From Akkermansiaceae bacterium (GTDB taxonomy: Bacteria; Verrucomicrobiota; Verrucomicrobiia; Verrucomicrobiales; Akkermansiaceae), in assembly GCA_903906515.1 (NCBI GenBank), contig CAIVKO010000233.1, forward strand, positions 102 through 64,101: a stretch of 64,000 nucleotides of DNA, written 5' to 3'. Positions 55,775-64,000 of this stretch are shown here, piece by piece (positions within the stretch are counted from its first letter, which is position 1; each line of letters begins with the position of its first letter). The notes beneath the pieces were generated by a model. The model made no database searches and was not told the DNA's origin. It saw nothing but the letters and a program-made list of their open reading frames with translations. A program made the position numbers and the translations under genes.

Positions 55775-58117
55775 ATGAAATACAATATGAAGCGGAAGGG
55801 CCTGGGGGCTGGCGGTTTATTGCTCGGGTTGCTCATCGTGACCGGTTCTTGCCTTGCTGGTGATGCCCCGGACATGAAACCTCATTCTTTTAATGAAGGC
55901 TGGATGTTTACAACTAATGCGGCCGCTTCCGTAAAGTCCGATGATTGGAAAGCCGTAGCGCTCCCGCATACGGCGCAACTGGCGCCGCTGCTGATGGGCG
56001 ACAAGATGTGGATGGGGGAGTGCATCTATCGAAAAGTGTTTACTGCGGACCCGGCATGGAAGGGTAAAAGGGTCTGTCTCAACATCGAGGCTGCCATGCA
56101 TACCGCGGAAGTCTCACTCAATGGTAAACCGCTTGCCTCCCATGCGGGTGGATACCTGCCATTTCAGGTCGATTTGACCGGGTTGTTAAATGAAGGCGAG
56201 CCAAATGATTTGATGATCAAACTCGACAATCGCGAGAATACCGATCTGCCCCCCGGTAAGCCCTATCGTCAGTTGGATTTCTCGTGGTATCACGGTCTTT
56301 ATCGAAATGTGGAACTGCAGGTAACCGATAGACTGCACATCACCGACCCGGTGGCCTCCAATCTCACCGCATCTGGCGGAGTATTTGTCACATATCCCAA
56401 GGTGTCGGCGGATGAAGCAATCGTCCAGGTTCGTGTCCATGTGAAAAACGACCGGAGCACTCCCGCCAATTTCTCGGTTCGGTGTTCGCTCTCCACGCTT
56501 TCCGAGCGATCCGATGCGGCCACTCTGGCACCCGGTGAATCCATAACTGAAACACTCAATCTGAAGGTTCCATCACCGCAACTCTGGTCTCCGACCGCGC
56601 CGCACTTATACCCGCTCACTGTCGAGGTTCTTAATGACGGCGGTGCCATTGCCGATAGCCAAAGTATCAATGTGGGTATCCGTTCTGTGACTTGCACAGC
56701 GGGGCGTTTTGCTATCAACGGTCAGGCCATGTTTTTACGGGGAACTAACCGGCATCAGGAGTATCCTTACATCGGCTACGCCCTTCCGGATAGTGCTCAG
56801 TGGCGTGAGGCGGCTCTGATCAAGCAGGCTGGATTTGATTTTGTCCGTCTCTCACACTATCCAAACGCTCCAGCGTTTCTTGATGCCTGCGATTACTACG
56901 GTCTTGTTGTGATGGAGCCCATCCCGGGTTGGCAATACTACAAAGATGGACTGTTTGCCGAGCGTTCCTTGCAGCATGCTCGCGATATGATCCGCCGTGA
57001 CCGCAATCATCCGGCCTGCATCTTCTGGGAAACTTCACTGAACGAGACCAATCATCCGGATGCGTTTCTAAAACAGCTTCACGAGATTGTCGGTCAGGAA
57101 TATCCAGGTGCTATTTCAGTAAGTCATAGCAACAAGTTTCACGATGTCTTTATTCCGGCCCGCCAGCACACGGGCGGTCCGAAGTTCTGGGACGATTGGA
57201 AACAAGGCGATAAGCCTATCCTCACCGCCGAATATGGGGACTGGGAATACTACGCCGATCGGGCGGCTAACTTCAACCAGACCGGAGTGAAGGAACTCAA
57301 GAGGGAGGAGTCCAATAGTCGTCAACGCCGCGCGGATGGAGAAAAGCGCATGCTGCAACAGGCGCTCAATTTCCAGGAAGGTCACAATCAGAACCACGTC
57401 TGCCCATCGATGATTGGCGATGCCAACTGGCTGTTTAACGACTACAGCAGCGGAGCTACTCCGCATTACTGCACCAGCGGCATTGTGGATTTTTTCCGCC
57501 TGCCCAAGTTCGTCTATCACTTTTACGCCAGCCAGCGTGCCCCTCAGGGCGAGTTTCAGGCCAAGCCTATGGTATTCATCGCGTCCCATTGGACCGAACA
57601 ATCCCCTCTCTCCATCCGTGTTTTCTCCAACTGCGACGAGGTGGAGTTGAGTCTCAATGGCGAAGTCATCGACCGGCGGAAACCGAACCAGGATCTCTTT
57701 TCTGACAAGCTATCCCATGCTCCATTCACGTTCAGTGTGAAGGCGTTTGTGCCAGGGGAACTTAAGGCCGTCGCCTATATTCAGGGTAAGCAGGTTGCCG
57801 AGCATGTAGTGCGCACGCCGGGAAAACCGGCCCGGATCCGGTTGGTCACGAGGCTTGAGGGTATCCCTGTTTCCCGGAAAGCGAAGGACTCGTTCTTTGT
57901 TCACGCGGAAATTCTCGATAGTAAGGGCACCCTTGTCCCTGACGCTTCCCTACCGATTACTTTCGCTGTCACTAATGCCGAACTGGCCTCACCTGAGCAG
58001 ATCACCTCCGAAGCGGGTATCTCCTCGGCGCTGCTCATCTCCCCTGGGAACGACGGCTCTATTCAAATTTCGGCAAAGGCCGAAGGTCTTGATCCGGCGA
58101 TGCTAACCGTTCAATGA
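55775..58117 (+). CDS. GH2 beta-galactosidase-like enzyme
   Basis: HAGGYLPF, YHGLYRNV, GTNRHQEYPYIGYA, VRLSHYP, DRNHPACIFWETSLNE and AEYGDW. Confidence 0.9.
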   Translation: MKYNMKRKGLGAGGLLLGLLIVTGSCLAGDAPDMKPHSFNEGWMFTTNAAASVKSDDWKAVALPHTAQLAPLLMGDKMWMGECIYRKVFTADPAWKGKRVCLNIEAAMHTAEVSLNGKPLASHAGGYLPFQVDLTGLLNEGEPNDLMIKLDNRENTDLPPGKPYRQLDFSWYHGLYRNVELQVTDRLHITDPVASNLTASGGVFVTYPKVSADEAIVQVRVHVKNDRSTPANFSVRCSLSTLSERSDAATLAPGESITETLNLKVPSPQLWSPTAPHLYPLTVEVLNDGGAIADSQSINVGIRSVTCTAGRFAINGQAMFLRGTNRHQEYPYIGYALPDSAQWREAALIKQAGFDFVRLSHYPNAPAFLDACDYYGLVVMEPIPGWQYYKDGLFAERSLQHARDMIRRDRNHPACIFWETSLNETNHPDAFLKQLHEIVGQEYPGAISVSHSNKFHDVFIPARQHTGGPKFWDDWKQGDKPILTAEYGDWEYYADRAANFNQTGVKELKREESNSRQRRADGEKRMLQQALNFQEGHNQNHVCPSMIGDANWLFNDYSSGATPHYCTSGIVDFFRLPKFVYHFYASQRAPQGEFQAKPMVFIASHWTEQSPLSIRVFSNCDEVELSLNGEVIDRRKPNQDLFSDKLSHAPFTFSVKAFVPGELKAVAYIQGKQVAEHVVRTPGKPARIRLVTRLEGIPVSRKAKDSFFVHAEILDSKGTLVPDASLPITFAVTNAELASPEQITSEAGISSALLISPGNDGSIQISAKAEGLDPAMLTVQ

Positions 58118-58132
58118 AAGGTCTAAACCACA

Positions 58133-59929
58133 GTGCACACTGAACTGGTAAAAATTATTTTACACGGCCTGTTTCGGTTGTTCGGTGTTGTGCTGTGCAT
58201 GGCGCTGCTGCCGGTGTGCGCCGCAAGTATGAGGCCTGATGATGTTTTTGACGATGCACTTGAGTCGGCCGAAGTTCCGCGCACTCAAGCCGCCGCACCT
58301 GAGGTTCCTTCTTCCGCCGCGACGGTGGCGCTGGCGGCCAAAGCAGCTGCTTGCCGCGAGAGTTTGTTCAAGGCGACCTCTGGTGCGCTCTACTGCTTTA
58401 CGCCGGCGGTGCGAGCCGCCTATCTGGACTATGCGCGGGCCAAGACTCGTGCGGATCTCGCTTCCGCCGACAAGGCAATTCCAGAGGAGTTCCTCAGGTG
58501 GATCGACCGCACACCGGATGTAGCGGGCAGTGTTTACTCGGCGAGGGTCAACTGTGCGAACGTGGTGATGATGCTCTATGCACTTCGGTTGGATCTCGGC
58601 CAGGAGTGTTTTGAGAAATACCGCCAACTGGCGCTAGCCATGGCCATCATACATGCAGAGCAGGGGACTCAGGCGAATCTCGCGCCTCGCGCCCCGATCC
58701 GCCTGACTATCCCGGCTTGCCCGCTGAAACCGGTCAACACGAAGGAGCTAGGCCGTACCTTGGACGTGAATGACCACATCATCAACTTCCTGAACGGGAA
58801 TGAGATTTCCGACGCCAAGGGGAAACGCACGCTGATCGCGGCGGACGTGATGGCCAACCAGGGGCTGCAGGAGGCGTTCAACAACTACATGAAGTCGAAC
58901 GGCTGCAATGTGTCCGTCAACTGCGGTGACAACTCGATTGATTCTAAGCGCAAAAGCCGGGTCACGGGGCCGGATGCCAACGGAATTCTCAGCGCGTTCA
59001 AGTTGTTCAGGGCCGCATACGTCGCCAAGGGACTGCTGCCAGAGAAGCCGGACCCCTCGCCCTCGCCCGCAGCGAACTGCCGTTTCCTGATCCGCAACGC
59101 CGAGTGCGCGACGTCAGTGAAAGGCAATCCGAAATTACCGAACTGCCCGTTGACGGCACCTTGGCCGGTGCTGACTTTTCTGGCCCGGGACATGCGATCA
59201 TTGAGGGAGCAGGACGAAATCTGGCAGCGCTATTGTGCCAAGGGCGAGCTGCGCACATATGCCGAATACGCCGGAGAGATCGCACAACAGCCCGATTTTC
59301 TGGCGGCCCGTCGCCTTTGTCCCTTCCCATTCGCCTACAACACCGTTCCGATGATGTTGAAGGATGGCGGTGTATGCGGCACCATGGCCATGCTGGCCAC
59401 GCGCACATACAAGGCGCTCGGCGTGCCCGCTTCCACAGCCGGTCAGCCAGGGCATTGCGCCTTGGTCTATTTTGCACAGGACGCGAAGACGGGTAGTTAT
59501 CAGTGTAAGGGAAGTCAGTTCATGCGAGCCGGCCCCAAGGATACCTCGGTGCTGACTCCGTGGAATTTCGGCGAGAAGATCGAGCGCAAAAAGATGGTTT
59601 ACCACCAGAGCATCGCTTGGGCAGTGAACCACGGCTTCGGTGCCTTCATCGATTCCATGATGGCCTGGCAGCTGTTCTGTCTCCTGCCGGAGGCCGACCG
59701 CAGGGACCACGGGATGAAGTTGCTGGAAAGTGGGCTCGCGCTGAATCCTTACAACTTTTTGCTGGCGGATGCGGGTGTCGCGGCCGCCGTCACACCGGAG
59801 GAGAAGAGTCGTTTTGAAAAGTCTTTTGCTGCGGCTCTGGGTTCGGTGACCCGGCCAGACTGTCCGAAAACGGGACTCTACCCGGATACCATCTACGGCA
59901 GACTGAAAAAGAGTCTAAAGTTAAAGTAA
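58133..59929 (+). CDS. Secreted hypothetical protein (GGVCG...GQPGHCA motif; possibly a transglutaminase-like Cys/His fold)
   Basis: GTG start, signal/lipoprotein-like N-terminus, 598 aa ORF tightly packed between its neighbours. No family recognised. Confidence 0.7.
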   Translation: MHTELVKIILHGLFRLFGVVLCMALLPVCAASMRPDDVFDDALESAEVPRTQAAAPEVPSSAATVALAAKAAACRESLFKATSGALYCFTPAVRAAYLDYARAKTRADLASADKAIPEEFLRWIDRTPDVAGSVYSARVNCANVVMMLYALRLDLGQECFEKYRQLALAMAIIHAEQGTQANLAPRAPIRLTIPACPLKPVNTKELGRTLDVNDHIINFLNGNEISDAKGKRTLIAADVMANQGLQEAFNNYMKSNGCNVSVNCGDNSIDSKRKSRVTGPDANGILSAFKLFRAAYVAKGLLPEKPDPSPSPAANCRFLIRNAECATSVKGNPKLPNCPLTAPWPVLTFLARDMRSLREQDEIWQRYCAKGELRTYAEYAGEIAQQPDFLAARRLCPFPFAYNTVPMMLKDGGVCGTMAMLATRTYKALGVPASTAGQPGHCALVYFAQDAKTGSYQCKGSQFMRAGPKDTSVLTPWNFGEKIERKKMVYHQSIAWAVNHGFGAFIDSMMAWQLFCLLPEADRRDHGMKLLESGLALNPYNFLLADAGVAAAVTPEEKSRFEKSFAAALGSVTRPDCPKTGLYPDTIYGRLKKSLKLK

Positions 59930-59936
59930 TAAGTCC

Positions 59937-62900
59937 ATGTGTGACATGACCCACGCAACTCCCGTTCCTGTTGCTGTTCTCCCGAGGTTGATTCCACGGA
60001 AGGCGGGATTTACATTGGTGGTCACGCTCACCCTGGTCATTCTCCTGACTATCCTCGCGGTCGGCCTGCTTTCTCTCTCCTCTGTCGCGATGCGCAGTTC
60101 GTCCCAGGATATGGCCATGGCGGAGGCGAAGGCCAATGCCAAGCTGTCTTTGATGCTTGCCATTGGTGATATCCAAAAACAACTCGGCCCCGACACTCGG
60201 GTCTCGGTTCCTGCGGATCAACTGAGCACCGATGCCGCCACGGTCGCCAACACATCCAAACACTTCGTCGGTGTCTATAAATCTTGGGATGCCAACACCG
60301 TGGACCGGCCTGTGCGTCCGGAATTCCTGCAATGGTTTGTTTCAGGAAATCCGACCAGTTTGGTTAAAAAGGATTGGGATTGGATCCCGTCACCGGACTA
60401 CGCTAACTCCATCGAGTTGGTTGGTGTGAAATCTGCCGGCCCCGGAGGGGACATTGTTAAAGTTCCGGTGATTTCATCGAATTCCACCGCTGCCGGTCGG
60501 CATCAGTTCGCGTGGTGGGTCAGCGATCTTGGCACCAAGGGACTCATTTCGCGAGCCAAGCAATTGACCAATGGAGTAGCCACCCTAGTCCGCGAGGATA
60601 TGCAAACCATGCCTGGCTACGGAATTGGAAACGTCGTATCTAATGGAGTCCGTCCATTTGAAACAGTGGATACGACCGACACTTCGCTGGAAAAAGTTAT
60701 CACATTGTCGAATTCTTCGTTGTTGACGGCAGGTCCTGTCAAGGGCCTTATCCATGATCTAACGGCATATAACCGTTCGCTTATCACCAACGTCCGTAGC
60801 GGAGGGTTCAGGAAGGATCTGTCGTTCTATCTTGAAAAAGATTCTGCAAACAAACCGGTGGAGCCCTTGTATATCGCGAAAGAGGGAGCTGTTTCCAAAG
60901 CGGGAATCAACATGTCCGAGTTGTGGCTGCACTACAACATTTACAAAGAGTTGAAAAAAGGCGGACTCTACACCTATACCACAAATGATGCCATGCCCGC
61001 GACTGCGAGCTATCTTCAGATGCCGGCCACTAGCGCCGCTGCCTACGTGGATGACGCGTATTACTACAAACAACCCACGATCATTCAATACCAAACCCTG
61101 CTTTCTTTCCGCGCCAAACCGGCGATAGAGAACGGTGTGAGTGGTGCCTACCTGCAGATCGTCGTGGACCCCATCATCACCTACTGGAACCCTCTGGATG
61201 TGCCGGTCGTGGTCACTCCTGCATACAATTCCATCAGATACTGGCAACTGCCATATGACGTCAAAATCAACCTTGGCAGCAACACGGTGAACGCGAGCCT
61301 ATATAACTGCTTGGGCGGCGCTGAATGGAATTACATGACAGTCCTCGCCGGAAAAATCCAGCCTCTCGTGCTCAAACCGGGTGAGGTTGTCATGGTCTCT
61401 CAGGGACCTAACACGGACGTTGTCGATAAGGACATTAAGGGTGTCAACAATAACTTTATCGATGCTGTGGCGGGCTGGAATTTTGGTGGGGGAATTGCTT
61501 ATTTCTACGGAAATTCCAAACTTTTCCTGAAGGCAGGTGATTCGTTCAGCTACGAAGTCAATCCGAACTCGCAGGTGTCCTCCGGTTCCAGACGTTGGTC
61601 GATAAATAGCCATGATGTGTTTTACAAGGAAGACCGGGACTGGCGCGGGGAAACGATCGGCATCGGGGGAATTAGCGTGGATTACATGTATGGGCAACCC
61701 TACGATGAGCTAAATCCAAAACCCATAACCGCCAGGCTGACCGCGCTTTCCAGGCCCTCGTTTTTTGGAAAAATCCCGCCATCGAGCACTCGGCGGCTGA
61801 GCTATGAGCAGTTGGTGGGTCGGAAAGAGCCGTTCATGTTGTATTCCTACCGTGCTAAGACCGAAAAAGGATCAGAGAGGTCATCCAGGTTCCTCTCGCG
61901 TTTCAACCCAAAGTCGATGTTCACGGATTTTTATGATCTCAATGACAATGAACTGAACATGCTGCCTTATGAGGTCCAGATCAATCCCTTGAACAGTTTC
62001 AAGACTCCACTTCTTGAGGTCAGTGCCAACGGCAACGCCTATTTCGGCGGTGGAATGAATGCTGAAGACGGTAACTCGTTTTTATGCACTCATTCGGTGC
62101 CTCGTGAACCTCTCTATTCACTCGGTGCACTCCAATATGCTTTTGCCAACGGCCACACCACCCTTGCTCCCACCGCAGGTTACGGTATCGTCAAGGCCCG
62201 CCAGCCTGCTCTGCCCCAGATTATCCACCCCATCGGCAATTCCTTCGCTCCGTCGATCATGCCTCCTGACAAGACCAGCGGGGTGCTCAACGGTGGTCGC
62301 GTGCTGGCCGACCATTCTTACCTCGCCAACCGTGCCCTGTGGGATGATTGGTTTTTTTCGGGCATTTGCCCGCAAACTGCGGCAACCTTCACCACGAAAC
62401 GCAACCAAAAACAGGTCTATCAGGATTTTATCGACGGAAAACAAAAACTTCCTCTGCACCGCTACGTATCGGCACTCGGAAACGAAACTTCTGCAAGTGC
62501 GGTTGCCAAGCTCTTCACGGGGGGTGGGCTGCCTGCATCAGGTGCTCACTTGATAAGCGCCTCATTGCTGGAGGCTGAAGGAATGTTCAACGTGAACTCG
62601 ACCTCCGTTGAGGCATGGAAGAGCGTTCTCAGCGCCTTGAAAAAGCGGAACTCGATCACGCGTGCAACCGCTACCTCCGCAGAAATCAACACTCCCAATG
62701 AGAAGGAAACACCGGTTGCCGGCCTGAACTCACCACTCGAAACCATGGTGGATGCAAAAAATCCAGTCGCCATAAAGGAACCTTCACAATGGGCGGGACG
62801 GCGGACACTCAGCGATGATGAGATCAATTCACTCGCGATAGCGATCGTTAATCAGGTCCGCAAGCGCGGACCATTCCTCTCGCTGGCGGACTTCGTCAAC

Positions 62901-63353
62901 CGCCGCATTACCACCGATGAGACTCTGGCCCTTGCAGGCTGCATTCAGAGTGCTTTGGATTCAACTGATGTGCCTATCAACAAGGGATTCCAAGATACTT
63001 CCCGCAGCGTTACCTCCACTGCGGCTTATGTTTTTCCGAAGGCCGAGGCTGGGCCTGCGGCGACGGGTATTCCCGGGATCGTAAAACAGGCGGACATATT
63101 GACGCCCATCGCCCCTTATATCGCAGTCCGCTCCGATTCATTTCTCATCCGGACATGCGGGCGGAAAATGGATTCTAGCGGAAATGTCCTGGCCACGGCA
63201 TATTGCGAGGCGATTGTTCAACGTAAAGCGGATTTCATGGACCTGTTCAATCCCGTGACCACCGTGACTTCGGATCTCAGCGCCCTGAACAAGGTATTCG
63301 GTAGGCGTTTCCATATCATTTCATTCCGCTGGCTATCCCCCGACGAAATCTGA
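59937..63353 (+). CDS. Giant PilX/GspK-like prepilin protein (Verru_Chthon cassette protein A-like), copy 2
   Basis: PRKAG|FTLVVTLTLVILLTILAVG (no Glu+5), then AKANAKLSLMLAIGDIQKQLGPDTRVS. C-terminal motif VRSDSFLIRTCG...YCEAIVQR...FGRRFHIISFRWL. Confidence 0.82.
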   Translation: MCDMTHATPVPVAVLPRLIPRKAGFTLVVTLTLVILLTILAVGLLSLSSVAMRSSSQDMAMAEAKANAKLSLMLAIGDIQKQLGPDTRVSVPADQLSTDAATVANTSKHFVGVYKSWDANTVDRPVRPEFLQWFVSGNPTSLVKKDWDWIPSPDYANSIELVGVKSAGPGGDIVKVPVISSNSTAAGRHQFAWWVSDLGTKGLISRAKQLTNGVATLVREDMQTMPGYGIGNVVSNGVRPFETVDTTDTSLEKVITLSNSSLLTAGPVKGLIHDLTAYNRSLITNVRSGGFRKDLSFYLEKDSANKPVEPLYIAKEGAVSKAGINMSELWLHYNIYKELKKGGLYTYTTNDAMPATASYLQMPATSAAAYVDDAYYYKQPTIIQYQTLLSFRAKPAIENGVSGAYLQIVVDPIITYWNPLDVPVVVTPAYNSIRYWQLPYDVKINLGSNTVNASLYNCLGGAEWNYMTVLAGKIQPLVLKPGEVVMVSQGPNTDVVDKDIKGVNNNFIDAVAGWNFGGGIAYFYGNSKLFLKAGDSFSYEVNPNSQVSSGSRRWSINSHDVFYKEDRDWRGETIGIGGISVDYMYGQPYDELNPKPITARLTALSRPSFFGKIPPSSTRRLSYEQLVGRKEPFMLYSYRAKTEKGSERSSRFLSRFNPKSMFTDFYDLNDNELNMLPYEVQINPLNSFKTPLLEVSANGNAYFGGGMNAEDGNSFLCTHSVPREPLYSLGALQYAFANGHTTLAPTAGYGIVKARQPALPQIIHPIGNSFAPSIMPPDKTSGVLNGGRVLADHSYLANRALWDDWFFSGICPQTAATFTTKRNQKQVYQDFIDGKQKLPLHRYVSALGNETSASAVAKLFTGGGLPASGAHLISASLLEAEGMFNVNSTSVEAWKSVLSALKKRNSITRATATSAEINTPNEKETPVAGLNSPLETMVDAKNPVAIKEPSQWAGRRTLSDDEINSLAIAIVNQVRKRGPFLSLADFVNRRITTDETLALAGCIQSALDSTDVPINKGFQDTSRSVTSTAAYVFPKAEAGPAATGIPGIVKQADILTPIAPYIAVRSDSFLIRTCGRKMDSSGNVLATAYCEAIVQRKADFMDLFNPVTTVTSDLSALNKVFGRRFHIISFRWLSPDEI

Positions 63354-63361
63354 CAAAATTT

Positions 63362-64000
63362 ATGAAACTCATCCTGCTCTTGGCGCTGTTTATGTTACCC
63401 ATCCCTCTTTCGGGACAGGAAATGGGGAAGTCCGGCAATTCATCGATTATGATCCGCATGCTTGCGATGGTGGTTCCGCCGGAACTCGGAAAAGTTTATC
63501 TGATTTCCGATGATGTCCGGACTCCTGAATTCGACATCCCCGTCAATAATGTGAGCGAGCCTATGAAGGTTTTTCGGAGGATACTGATCCTCAAGGACTC
63601 AAAAAAAGACGCGATTCTCTGTAATATAATGCTGCCTGAGGAGGGGAAGCGATTTGTCATCGTGCTGGCACCGGCAAAAAATTCGGGATACACCGCACAC
63701 GTCATCCGCACCGATGATCTGTCGTTCCGGAAGGAGGACTGTTTTTTCGGCAACTTTACCCACAAGTCGATCCTAGGAAAACTAGGGACAAGTAAATTTT
63801 TATTAGAGTCCGGAAAGGTCGCAGTATACCGGCCGGAGGGAGCAAGGTCGGGTAACTTTTACGATATTGCATTCGCCACGCGGGGCGCTGAGGGCGATCG
63901 GATACTCAGCACTTCGCGTTGGCCGGTGGACAACCAGATCCGCAGTTATGTATTTTTTATCGAAGACCCCGTCGGCCACATCAGCTACCGTGCTATCGAT
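63362..64000 (+). CDS. Small secreted partner of the PilX-like gene (copy 2), truncated by the window end; missing from the supplied ORF track
   Basis: Manual translation from ATG 63362, MKLILLLALFMLPIPLSGQ...RFVIVLAP...VIRTDDLSF...FFGNFT...STSRWP...RSYVFF, is open to the window edge. Confidence 0.8.
   Translation, partial: MKLILLLALFMLPIPLSGQEMGKSGNSSIMIRMLAMVVPPELGKVYLISDDVRTPEFDIPVNNVSEPMKVFRRILILKDSKKDAILCNIMLPEEGKRFVIVLAPAKNSGYTAHVIRTDDLSFRKEDCFFGNFTHKSILGKLGTSKFLLESGKVAVYRPEGARSGNFYDIAFATRGAEGDRILSTSRWPVDNQIRSYVFFIEDPVGHISYRAID

Noticed and set aside
1132-58117. Calling the locus a fucoidan or RG-II utilisation locus
   Set aside because: No sulfatase (fucoidan) and no GH28/GH105/GH106/GH137-143 or lyase (RG-II) was recognised in the window, despite the overlap in GH78, GH95, GH127 and SASA.
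1-64000. CRISPR arrays, tRNA/rRNA genes, prophage or transposase genes
   Set aside because: No regularly spaced repeats, cloverleaf or rRNA signatures, or mobile-element motifs were seen on manual reading.

Overview
This is a densely coding, mostly + strand carbohydrate-utilisation region. It is most likely from a Verrucomicrobiota genome, an inference from the PEP-CTERM protein, the Verru_Chthon-A/PilX-like giant proteins, the beta-strand-repeat surface proteins and the XylR-type regulator. It holds about 29 genes in five apparent transcription units. (1) The 3' end of a PEP-CTERM protein. (2) A ~25 kb operon (1132-26065): GH95, GH127, GH78+GH43, SGNH, two SASA esterases, GH110, GH78, then a ~1200 aa PilX/GspK-like pilin and a small secreted partner. 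(3) A lone GH29. (4) A XylR-like regulator divergent from a cytoplasmic GH38-like gene, an SSS transporter and an MtaA/UroD-like gene. (5) A minus-strand SGNH surface protein divergent from a second ~25 kb operon (39206 to >64000): GH95-like, GH50-like, GH27, GH2, GH29, SASA, GH95-like, GH36-like, GH2, an unknown protein, then again a PilX-like giant and its partner. A 44-bp element, CCCCCNTTTGTGGG-NN-TRGRYA-N16-TANATT, sits in the sense orientation upstream of four of these units and looks like a class II activator box fused to a sigma70-type promoter. No SusC/SusD pair, TonB receptor, sulfatase, lyase, rRNA, tRNA, CRISPR array or transposase was recognised. All family assignments come from motifs recognised by eye, not from database searches.
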